Source of the DNA: Mustelus asterias
Lineage: Eukaryota
DNA length: 64,000 nt
Direction: 5' to 3'
NCBI RefSeq assembly: GCF_964213995.1
Contig: NC_135823.1
Coordinates: forward strand, 37,386,001 to 37,450,000
How positions within the stretch are numbered: the first letter of the stretch is position 1; each line of letters starts with the position of its first letter. Below, one piece after another: positions 1-12,500 of this stretch. The notes under the pieces were generated by a model, which was not told where the DNA came from, searched no databases, and saw only the letters and a list, made by a program, of their open reading frames with translations. The translations under genes were made by a program, and so were the position numbers.

Positions 1-300
1 GAACAGTGGCATCTTAACCACTTTTATGTGGTTTTTACTGAACTTTTTACTGAAATAGGCCAGCCACATTTTTAATATCTGATATCTCCCTAGAACAATA
101 ACACTGTACAACAGTTCAGTACGTCAACCCAAAGATTATGGAAAATATATATATATATAGTACACAAACAAAAGTCATTTTCTTCACATTGTAGTGCTTG
201 TGTCCTACAAACAGATTTTGCTGTTTTTCACAATCGATGGAGGTAAATAAGTTTCAAATAAATAAGTGACTTTTCTTGCATTGATCTTGGTGCAGTGACA

Positions 301-529
301 TTATTCGACAGTTCTAGCTCCCACACATTTGTAGATATACACAGTCTGGTCATTCTTTCTGGCCAGGAGGCAGGAGTTGGCCTCTGCCCATTGGAAAAGT
401 GACCAGTGCACATTGGGGCCATGCTGTAGCATGGTTGAGACGTGGCCAGACGATACATCCCAAAGGACCAGGGTTCCAGGGGTTACAACTGCTGCAATTG
501 ATTGATCCTTAACACCTCCAACAATGTAC
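301..529 (-). CDS. PALB2: PALB2 exon 14 (last coding, 229 nt incl. TAA)
   Basis: [25 protein letters not shown]...[27 protein letters not shown]...; CAG acceptor. Confidence 0.93.
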
Positions 530-3500
530 CTGTTCCAGAAATAGATTCATTAAAAAAAAAGTGAGAAAATAGATCAGAGAGAAAAAGAACTGACTGTAAA
601 ATGGAAGCCCAGGTTAATGCCCGATATTTGACACAGAACTTGATTTTCACTGTACTTCCATTTTAGATCCACATCGCCTGATGTGGATATCCTCTCTATG
701 TAACACTACTCCATGGCATTGATAGAGTTAGCAGACATAGTTATTTAACTGCACCAAACAGAAATCTTACACACAAACCTGTTCAGAAATCACTGGATGA
801 ATGTGTGTTTCGGATGAAGAGACCGCAATTAACCAAGTTAAAATTTTAAAATTTGCTAATTTAACAAAGGATTGAATCAGAGACCTTCTAGCATTGAGGC
901 ACTTTTCTAAAGGATATTGATGCATATTTAATACAGAATGCACCTTACCTTCCATTGCATTCCAGGGGAAGTGTATAGGACATGACAGGTCTACTTTTAC
1001 TATTCATCGGATTAACACCAACCATTCTTAACACACAAACTCTCCTTCCAACAGATTCATCACAAGTGCTGACATACCGGTGACTGAGGAGAAGGAACAA
1101 TATGCCCTAAAATACAAAAACGAAAATTTTTACACAAAATATTTACTTCCAATGGTTTTGCTTTGCAAAAAATTTTTACTGCTACTTTGGGAGCTGCATT
1201 CATCTATTAGATCCATTGTTTTACAGTAAGTCACTTGTTATTTTACAAAGAGATTTAATCACTGCTCTGCAGATTGCATGCTGTAATTCTGTCCATTTTT
1301 CAGTAAATTCACAAACCAACGGCCTTGATCAGAAATGCAACTGCAAAAATTAAAGACAACTACAAATACTAAAAATATACAACAGGACTGTTACCGTCTG
1401 TACAGCAGGGAAAACAGATTTCAAGTATCAATGTTTGATCATAGCTCGTGTTTGACAAAGGACTGGCGTGCAAAACATTTCTTTTTAAAATCTCCTCACT
1501 TAAGCACTAGACCCCATTGTGTATTTCCAACATTTTCAGTTCTTATTGCAAATTGTTTATAATCAAGTGGCTGGAAAGTCAATTGGTCCAGACCTTGTAC
1601 TGTTCTAATTTATTGGCATTGCAAAGATTGGAGATAAATAAATGTTGTTCGTCCAGGGTTGTGAAGACTGTCCACAGCTTTAAACTTTTAATGGCAAATT
1701 TCTATTATGGAGAATTGTTTTGTCGTATTATTCTCAAATAATCGGGATTTTAGATAAAACTCCTGTGCTTCTTGCTCTCAGTACCAGTACTCCATGAATT
1801 AAATGAAAAGTTACTCCTATATTTATACAAGTGGCACCCAACTCTTATCAGACTGGCTTTTACTGTTTCCAGCATTCGACATTGTGACCTCTGAAGTTCA
1901 TGCAAGTTACAGGCAAATAATGCCTGTTTTGTGCCATGGATTTTCTCTAACTGGGAACCAGCTAAACTAACCAGTTAAGACCCTTACAACCAAACCTACA
2001 CTTCCTTCCATCAGTCTGAACTGGATTCAAAGCATGTCTCCAAGGTGAAAAGTCAATGCAGGGACACAAGGTTCTCTCCCTCACATTGCAGACCCTGTCA
2101 GAAAAACTTATGCTACACGCAGCATTTCATTTTTCCCTGGCCTCCACTATCATTAAATCCAGATCGCAATACAAGTCCTACTCTGACAGTCTGCCAATCT
2201 GCTCCCCTCTCCTGGAAGTAGCAATGTCGCAAACTAGCAGCCTATGAGATATCACCACTTTTTGCAGTTATAAAGATAAAATCGTTGCTCCTTACAGACT
2301 CTGAATAGGCCTTCTGGCAGACTGTACCAGGGTAGTTTTCACTTAAATGGATCTTCTTCAGGAGATGCCCAGTCTTTAAGTTCCTAAGAGATAAACACAC
2401 AAAAATCAATCTGAACTGAGTTTCTCTCTAAACTAATCCACGCTGAATAATATGTAGCAACCATCAAAACAATGAGGCAGTGCATACAGAAAATGTGAGA
2501 TGTTGAGCAGAAGAGAGACTGTGGTGAGACTGGGCTTAAAACACTGCCAGTATCCACAGATCTCTAAAGGTTGCCACTCAAGTGGATAGAGCTGTGAAGA
2601 AGGCCTGTAGTGTGTTAGCTTTTATTAACAGGGGGTTGGAGTTTAAGAGCCGTGGGGTTATGCTGCAACTGTACAGGACCTTGGTGAGAGCACATTTGGA
2701 ATATTGTGTGCAGTTCTGGTCACCTCACTATAGGAAGGATGTGGAAGCGCTGGAAGGAGTGCAGAGGAGATTTACCAGGATGCTGCCTGGTTTGGAGGGT
2801 AGGTCATATGAGGAAAGGTTGAGGGAGCTAGGGCTATTCTCTCTGGAGCGGAGGAGGCTGAGGGGAGACTTAATAGAGGTGTATAAAATGATGAAGGGGA
2901 TAGATAGAGTGAACGTTCAAAGACTATTTCCTCGGGTGGATGGAGCTATTACAAGGGGGCATAACTATAGGGTTCGTGGTGGGAGATACAGGACGGATAT
3001 CAGAGGTAGGTTCTTTACGCAGAGAGTGGTTGGGGTGTGGAATGGACTGCCTGCAGTGATAGTGGAGTCAGACACTTTAGAAACATTTAAGCGGTTATTG
3101 GACAGGCACATGGAGCACACCAGGATGATAGGGAGTGGGATAGCTTGATCTTGGTTTCAGATAAAGCTCGGCACAACATCGTGGGCCGAAGGGCCTGTTC
3201 TGTGCTGTACTGTTCTATGTTCTATGTTCTAGTAGTTTAAAACATATTTTGAATAGAAATTTACCACTTCAATCAGAAATGCCCCAAACTGCTTCACTTA
3301 CTTTTCATTCCTTTGAAGTATATTGATTGCTATGATAGCAGATGTGGCAACCATTCTTTCCAATAAAGGTCCCATTAAAAGCAGTGAAATTACAGACCAT
3401 TTTTCAGTGGTGCTAGCTGAGGGAGGAATGTTGGCCTAGACATCTGGAACTCATTGATTGGTGAGCTGAACATGTTGTGGCAAAAAAGGTACCAGGCTCT

Positions 3501-6500
3501 AAAAGGACAGAACTGGCTATTACATTTTTCTGGATAGAAGGTGGTCGGGAAAGATAGGGAAGGTAAAAAAGGAGGCAAGGTGGCAGCAGTAATTAATATT
3601 AGTGTGAAACTTGAATATTGTTAAAAAGATGTTGGCAAAGCTTTCTATCTTACACTCATCAGGACAGATGCAAAAATATCACCACAACAATTTATACCAC
3701 AAGAGAAAAGGATGCTGATCAGCAACAAGTCTACTCTGATTGCATTACCACAGATAAAACAATAGGGAACTGAAGGCTTCCAAGAGGCACAAGATTTGAG
3801 CATATCCTTTTTGTTTGCAGGGAACAGATTACTTTGTATGAATGTATGTTACTAGTGAGCGTAAATGAGTCATGTTATGAACTCAACTGATCATCTTAAA
3901 TTAGTTAAGTATAACTATTAGCACACTCTGGATTGCTCAGCAAATGCTGCCCAATCACACATGACAGCAGACATTACATTTTGGGTTTTGAAAATGTGGG
4001 CTGGTTGAATACGGCAGGATACGGACCATGCGGAAAAGCTTTACAAGAATGGTTCCAGAGATGATAAACTTCAGTTACAACTCTACTCCAGTAAGAAGGA
4101 ATCATGCACTTACCAAATGACAATATTGCTCATTATAGTTGATCCAAGCAAAGCTTGTTCCTCCCCTTCAACATCGCAGAAAGCCAGTACCATCTCATTG
4201 GGTGGGACTAGCTGCATGCATTGCTCACTCCTAAGCAGAAGAATACAGGCAAGACTGTCACAAAACTGCAATTAGCTCATAAAACATTTCTTCTCCTCCC
4301 ATCACATCTTCCCCTTGCTCCAGACAGGCAACATTTCCCATTGAGGGCTGAAAGAGGACCTCTTCACGGACCTTTACCAATATCAGGTTAGGGAAATGAG
4401 AAACCACTACGCCGTAGAGTTCCAAATGTAATGAATCATAGGGAACCATAGTTTCCTGGAGCTTGCTTGATTGTACTACTTACGTATCCATTCTCAGACC
4501 TGGATCTGAAATGAGCATTACCTTTTGCGACATCATTAACACATTGGTCAGAAAGCAGCCCCACAAATAAGGACACAGGAAATGGGAGCAGGAATTGGCC
4601 ATATGATTCTGCTCCGCCTTTCAATACATTCATGGCTGATATTCTACCTCAACTCAGCTTTTCTGCACCATCACCATATTCTTTAATTCCCATTGTATCC
4701 AAGAATTAATCAATTTCTGTCTTTCGTATACCCAACCGACAACTGAATGTCCACAGCTCTCTGGGGTAGAAAATTCCAAAGATTCACAACCTTTTTTTGA
4801 GAAGAAATTTCTCTTTGCCTTAGTCCTAAACGGTGGCACAGTGGTTAGCACTGCTGCCTCACAACGCCAAGGACCGGGTTTGATTCCCAGCTTCGGTCAC
4901 TATCTGTGCTGAGTCTGCACGTCCTCCCTGTGACTGCGTGGGTTTCCACCGGGTGCTCCGGTTTCCTCCCACAGTCTTAAAGAAGAGTTGGTTAGGTGCA
5001 TTGGCCATGCTAAATTCTCCCCCAGTGTACCCGAACAGGCGCTGGAGTGTGGCAACTAGGGGGATTTTCACAGCAACTTTATTGCAGTGTTAATATAAGC
5101 CTACTTGTGACACTACTAAATAAAAAAAATAGCCAACCTCATTTTCTGAGAATACATTTACTAGTCGAATCTGGACTGCTTGAGCATTGGTTATAATCTG
5201 ATGTCAATCATTCTATTTAACCCAGGTCACATTTGCATTTTTTTCCCCCTTGCTCAAGGGGCCAATGAACAAATTTCAGAAATCTGTCCACAAGCCGTCG
5301 CTTGCCATTTCACCTCAGCAGCTTGCTCTTATGCCCACATGTCTGTTATCGGCCCGCTGCACTGCTCCAGTGATGCCCAACGCAAACTGGAGGAACGATG
5401 CCTCATCTTCTGATCAGGTGCCTTACATCCATCGATGTAACATGGAGTTCAACAACTTTAGACTGTGACCTTTCTCCTCTATCTCGATCCTCCTTTTTGT
5501 TTCCTTGGTACGTTCCAAGCTTTCACTGAGCATTGACCTTTGTTCTCCTAATAACACATTCTAACTTAACTTTATGGCACGATTAACCCTCCTTTAGTCC
5601 TTAATGCCCCCATTAACACTCCGACTTATTCCTGACCTATTCTGCTCAGCAGGCAGAAACCAAGAATATAAAGTTACCTAGCAACTGACTGTGTCACTCC
5701 TGTCCAGAGGCTGGTACCCCTCTGCATTGGCTGCTGATACAAGCCTATTTGCAGCCAGCGTATGTAGAAACCAGCCTATTATTGGATGAGCAGGCTCACA
5801 ATATTTTTTAAAATTCTGACCCTGAAGTCTTCAATGGTCGAGTTCATGACTCGGTCAGATTAAAATGCCTCAGGGGCTACATTCGACTCGCAGGCCAAAG
5901 GTTGGACAAGCATTATTTATGATGTGGTGGTGCTGGCGTTGGACTGGGGTGGGCACAGTAAGAAGTCTCACAACACCAGATTAAAGTCCAATGGGTTTAT
6001 TTGGCATCACGAGCTTTCAGAGCACTGCTCCTTCCTCACCTGATGAAGGATCAGCGTTCCAAAAGCTCATGATATCAAATAAACCTGTTTGACTTTAACC
6101 TGGTATTGTAAGCATTATTTAATCAATCTTCCTTATCTCTTTGTAGATTTACTGGTCTTTGTTTATTTTTGACCTGGTGATCTACAGAAAAACCTAAAGT
6201 CACCTTTGTTCCCAACAAGAATACATACTTCCAGCAAGCTGTCTGGGATCGTTATCCTCCACCAACAACTCAACTTTCTTCATCTCAGTGTTCCAACAGG
6301 TACAGTTACTTCTGCATTTTTTTGTATATCAATTTTGAACTCTTCAAAACCTTGTATTTTGCACTTATCATTTTGGTGTTCTAAACAAGCATCTGACACA
6401 CAACAGTTAACATGATCTGCCAAGCGAACCAAATCCAAAACATGGTTAACAAATACAAATCTGACCTTCCTTCTTTGGACAGGGTGCTCAGTTCAATGTG

Positions 6501-9500
6501 TTGATCCTGGAGTGTGCCGCTAGAGCAGACCAGCCTCCTTCCGGGCAGCCCAAGCACTGCATTTATATCTCCTGCCTGCAGCAGTGTGCGTTCCAAACAA
6601 CCTCTCTCTGTCGAGTGCAATACTCTTAAAAACAAACAGGAGCAGTAAAATAAAAACAATCAGCCATGTTTCAAGAAAGACAGGCATTGCCTGAGCAGTA
6701 ATTTCACTTGGATCCATTATTAGGATTGTAGTAGCACTCTGGGCAAAAAAAAATGTTTTTTTTTAAAAAACACATTGTTTGAAGTGAAGTGCGTCAGTGC
6801 TGAGAATGCAAGGGCTCACTAATGCACTTGGCTTCAGTATTAATATACCTATGTCGAGGTTAGGTACAAAGTCAAGCTCCCCTACATCAAACACTTCTAA
6901 TGGCAAATACAACACAGGTTTGATACCGAGAAAAGCTCTTTACAGTGCCTGAACACTGTTCTTTAACCAAAAGTGGAATAATTATGTTTTTGAGGAATTG
7001 GTTGCATATGCTTAAAAAATATATCAAATTAAACCCCATTTAAAATGTTGCCTAATTATTAATGCACTAACATTAATCACCCCTCATTATTATGTGCTCT
7101 TTGACTGTGAAAAAAGTCTTATCTCCCCTGATGAAGTCACACACAAAAGTCCAAACAAAGAGAGAACAAGGAGATGTCCTGCTTCTGCAGTTCTGGTCTG
7201 TAGCGCACAATTCTAAAGTGTGAAAAGTAGCCTAAGTGGGTTAATGACTGGCAGTGCTTCCTGTAATTACATGGCAGAGAAAATACTTGGGTTAATGCCC
7301 AGTTTAATTTGCAGCAAGAACACTGATATTTTGTGCCAATCTTCTTCCTTCAGAACTCAAATACAGTCTTAGAAAATAGTTTTCCCTAGTGTCACCACAC
7401 TACTCTATTTAAAGCTAAGGATCACTGCAGGCCTTTTGTCTATGCCAATACAAGTTGCGAAGAGGGGTATGTAAGTGGGCCAGAGAAGATTCCCCTACTG
7501 CCTTCCTCACCCACCGTGTCAGGTTTTGGCCTCTGTCCTGTGTTCACATCTCAGCCCGGCTGTGTGCAAGTTAATTTCCCATCATTGGCAATGTGGTGAT
7601 ATGGAAAGAACAATGAAGGGAGGGGAACGTGAATTCCAACAGTTTAATTATAAAATGTAACAATATACCGTAGAACTGATTATTTTTATGAAAATAGCCA
7701 GTCTATGAAACTGTAAATACCACAAAAAATACCCAGTTTCAGAAAAGTGTGTCAGGATACAAAATTACTGCACACTTTTATATTCAGTGTGAAACTTCCA
7801 ACTCTCTGCAAAATATTGTGCATGTGTAATCAGTCAGCTCTGCAGTATTTTCACAGTCTTATCAATGTGCTTTGTAGACTTACTTCACTTCCCTTATCTC
7901 CAGGCTTCCAAAAGCCACACACAGGATATTCACAGCATCTGGAATGGGGATGAGCTCGATTATCGGAACCTGCGAGAGCAGGAGAATAGACACCAAATCA
8001 ACATGAAAATCAGGTTAAAAGAAAAACTAATCTCAACAACCGTGAATAGTCTTTTCAGCACACTTCCTGCTCAGCACGGATTCCAAAACATTATGCTTTA
8101 TGCATTCCAGCTCTGTGCAGAAGTGAACAGCTACCAATTAGTTACTGAACATGATAATAGGAAACAATGCCCTCTTTTACTGAGACATTATCAACTGGTG
8201 ATGTGAAATCAGATTGCAGCAATGCAAGAGGTATATTTGATTTGAGTCTCCATGTACACACTGGTGAGTTCCTAATGCTTTGTCACATGAGGGAAGTCTC
8301 TAGCAGATGCCCCAGCAACCTCCCTTAAAACTGAGGGTGAAGTTTCAGTGAAAGTACAGATAGCAGATCTCCGGCCTGCTTTTGTTGTGCCCTCTAACAG
8401 ATGACTCCAGTGGCACTGGTTTCGACTAGGGACAGAATCACCTTCTCTCCCTGCCATATTCACCTGCTATCTGGTGAACATGAAACACAAACTAAATTGG
8501 GGGTTGAATATCAAACAAAAAAGGTTTGCTTTGAGCACACTAGTCAAAGTTAAAATATGTTCGAGGCACAGTAAAAGTCATATTTGTTAGTAAGCCAGTG
8601 ATATTTTAGGGAACCAAAGTAAATTTTCCTTTAAGTATTATTTCATTTTGTAACCCATATGTACAATGCATAACAACCCCTGTTGTAGGAAGGTGGAGTT
8701 AAGTTTCCTCCCCACCTCTGGGAAAGGAATTTGGATATGCAAGATAAAACCTAGAAGGCTCTTTGGGGGTGAGAGGAGGAGAACAGAGGGGCTGAGAAGT
8801 GCACTGGTGCAATGTTCCAATTTTTAACACCAACAGTTTATTATTAAACACACTTTCCAACATTTTCCAAACACTCCATTTATGTGGAAGCCCCTCATTA
8901 GCTGGTGCTGATTGTAGGTTTTGACAGACATCACATGACAGGCCGACAAGGCATTAAATTTATAATTTCCTGACAAGGCATCCACAATCCTTCTCAAGGT
9001 CAATTAGAAATGAGCAATAAAAATGCTGGCTAGCCAGCGACAGACACCCACATCCCATGAAAGAATAAAACAACATGTTGACAAGATTTAAAGCAGTTGA
9101 GTCAAACATGTTCTTTAATGCTGTTCAAAGAAAAACTATTCAGTACTAAATACCAGACAGTTAGATCAGAATTAAGGTAAGAACAGATATCAGTACCTTA
9201 TCAAAGGCCCATGTATGGATGTTAGTCCACTGGTTTAGCTGCAGTGGGGCCCACAAGAATACTGCTGTTTCACAAGCACAGGCAATACATGAAGCTTTGG
9301 CCTCATTCACTGTCCAGAATACTGTACACAAATCAGTAACACAGGAAGTGGATGGATTCTACAAATACAATGATAAAATAATTTAGCCTCCTTAAACATT
9401 AAGACAACAGTGAGTTGTTCCTATTACAGAGCGACTATTTCACAACAGCCCACATAGCTGCTACAATGGAGGGTCTTTTCCACATCTTGTGAATATTGTG

Positions 9501-12500
9501 AAATCATAAGGCTCCCTGCTGGGTTTGTGCATTCATAAAATCAGCTTCTATATCTATCCTGGAGTCTTGCTTAGAACCGTTAAAATTTAGCCCTTTGAAG
9601 AACCACAAGCTCACGTTTCCTGTTTAAAAGACTATTGTTCCCCCTGCTGTGTGATAGTTATTTCCTGGGACTTTGTTCACCCAAAGTTCCCAGCATCATT
9701 CCTAGGCGTAAGTACAGAACTCATCAATATTTGGAACCATTAAATCAGTTTTTAAAATCAGGTTGTATCATTGTACTTCGGTCACTTTACAGAGGAAACA
9801 TTATCTTTTAAATCCTGGCATTGTTCAGTAATTACTAACCTGTAAAGTAGAGATTAGCTGCAAGGTTTGTCCCTTCAGTTTTTGCTCAAACTGATGGGCA
9901 GAAGTCAAGACATCATCATTCTCCTACAAAAAAAAACACAAAATGTAGTTAAAAGACTTTGAAAACAATAAAAGACTATTACACACAACCTGTTCAAGAG
10001 TGTAGGATTGGTGGACCCTAGGAGCCTGTACAAAGTCAGTGCTCTCCCCGGTCATGGTTCAAAGGTAAATGAAAACTGCCAGGCTGCTACTTAAACACAC
10101 ACACATTCTTAGATAATGTTATCTCCAAGCCAAGGCAGACGGGACAACATTGAAGGGGGCAAGCAAACAGGCACCAAAGGTGGCAGATGTAACATAATTA
10201 AGAACATAAGAACATGAGAAATAGGGGCAGGAGTAGGCCATCTAGCGCCTCGAGCCTGCCCCGCCATTCAACAAGATCATGGCTGATCTGAAGTGGATCA
10301 GTTCCACTTACCCGCCTGATCCCTATAACCCCTAATTCCCTTACCGATCAGGAATCCATCTATCCGTGATTTAAACATATTCAACGAGGTAGCCTCCACC
10401 ACTTCAGTGGGCAGAGAATTCCAGAGATTCACCACCCTCTGAGAGAAGAAGTTCCTCCTTAACTCTGTCCTAAACTGACCCCCCTTTATTTTGAGGCTGT
10501 GCCCTCTAGTTCTAGCTTCCTTTCTAAGTGGAAAGAATCTCTCCACCTCTACCCTATCCAGCCCCTTCATTATCTTATAGGTCTTTATAAGATCCCCCCC
10601 TCAGCCTTCTAAATTCCAACGAGTACAAACCCAATCTGCTCAGTCTCTCCTCATAATCAACACCCCTCATCTCTGGTATCAACCTGGTGAACCTTCTCTG
10701 CACTCCCTCCAAGGCCAATATATCCTTCCGCAAATAAGGGGACCAATACTGCACACAGTATTCCAGCTGTGGCCTCACCAATGCCCTGTACAGATGCAGC
10801 AAGACTTCTCTGCTTTTATATTCTATCCCCCTTGCGATATAGGCCAACATCCCATTTGCCTTCTTGATCACCTGTTGCACCTGCAGACTGGTAGATATTG
10901 TTTAGGTAGATTATCTATAGTTACAGGGAAGAACTGCTGCTCTCTGCAGCAGGGACAAATCAGGGGTACGGAAAATCTGAGCTCTTTTCAATTCTGCACC
11001 TCTCACTCACACATGCTTTCACTAAAGAGAGGCAAGTTGCAGCAGGCTGGCTCAGTAGAGTGGCCATGATGTGGAGATGCCGGCATTGGACTGGGGTTAA
11101 GCACAGTAAGAAGTCTCACAACACCAGATTAAAGTCCAACAGGTTGATTTGGTAGCACAAGCTTTCGGAGTGTCGCTCCTTATTCAGGTGAGTCACCTAA
11201 AGGAGGAGCGACACTCAGAAAGCTTGTGCTCCCAAATAAACTCAGTAGAGTGGCACACTGAATAAGCTAGCGTCTTGTGGGTTAAATAGTCACTGATCTC
11301 TTACTTTGCACTTAGGCCTTAGCAACATACAAGGTGAGGGACTTGGTATGTCTTAACTTGCACGCAACAACCACACGTTTAAAAAAAAATCATACCTTTT
11401 CAATTACAATGCCCTCTTCAGCAAATTTCACAGCACAATCCTCATTCAACTCCTCTGACTGACAGAACTTTGTCTCACAATTGCTGTGGAACTGCTCCTG
11501 AGGTTGTTCATCCTTATCCATATGTTTCCTTGCAGACAGACTGTCTTCTCTATTTGCTGGCGGCACCACTCCTTCAGATGTCTGGAGCCTTTGCCCACAG
11601 CTCCTATCATTATTCTGAACATCTTCACACGCATGTGACAGCGTGCCAGTTTGGAATGAGCCCTGGTTTCGATGGCTGTTTTTGGAAAGGACTGAAGAAC
11701 TAGATACAGGAGTGAAGCCAAGTGAAGGGAACACAGGGCTACCTGCACCTTGTTCACGCTGGTGGACACTCCCTGCCTGTGGAGTACCGGAAGGGGTTGA
11801 CAGCAGAACACTGGAGGATAGTTTATAGCCAGATGTATTTTTTGGTCTTTTCTGACTAGAAGGACAAATTGTATCATCTGTAGTCGGTTCCTCTGGGGTT
11901 CTGCTCGTTTCCTTGCAGTCCAAACTCTCTAGGTGAAAAACATGTGCACATTAAGCACTGTCATCCTGACTTGGAAATATATCGCCATTCCTTCACTGTC
12001 ACTGGGTCAAAATACTGGAACATCCTCCCTAATAGCACTGTGGGTGTATCTACACCTCAGGGACTGCATCAGTTCAAGAACACAGTCCACCACCCCTTCT
12101 CAAGGGCAACTTGGGATGGAAAATAAATGCTGGCCTAGTCAACGATGCCCACATCTTATAAATGAATAAAACAAAAATAGGTTGATTAAAAGGTGTAGCT
12201 TTCACTATATTCAGCTTTAAAATGATTTACTGGGGTGTATTTTTTTAATATTAATTATGGGATGTGGATGCCACCGGCTAAAAGCCTTTTAACAACCCAA
12301 TGTTCTCGAGGCTGCAACCTCGAGATCAGCATTTATTGCCCATCCACAATTATTCTAAAGAAGGTGGTGGTGAGACACCTTCTCAACCTGCCACAATCCT
12401 TATGGCAAAGGTACTCTCAACAGTGCTGTTCAGGAGAGAGTTTGAGGACTTTGGCCCAGCGATGATGAAACGGATAACAGAAATATACATTTAGATGGGT

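Noticed and set aside
2582-3148. 188-aa and other reverse-transcriptase-like ORFs as host genes
   Set aside because: They are 5'-truncated CR1 ORF2 remnants with LINE tails, most of them frameshifted.
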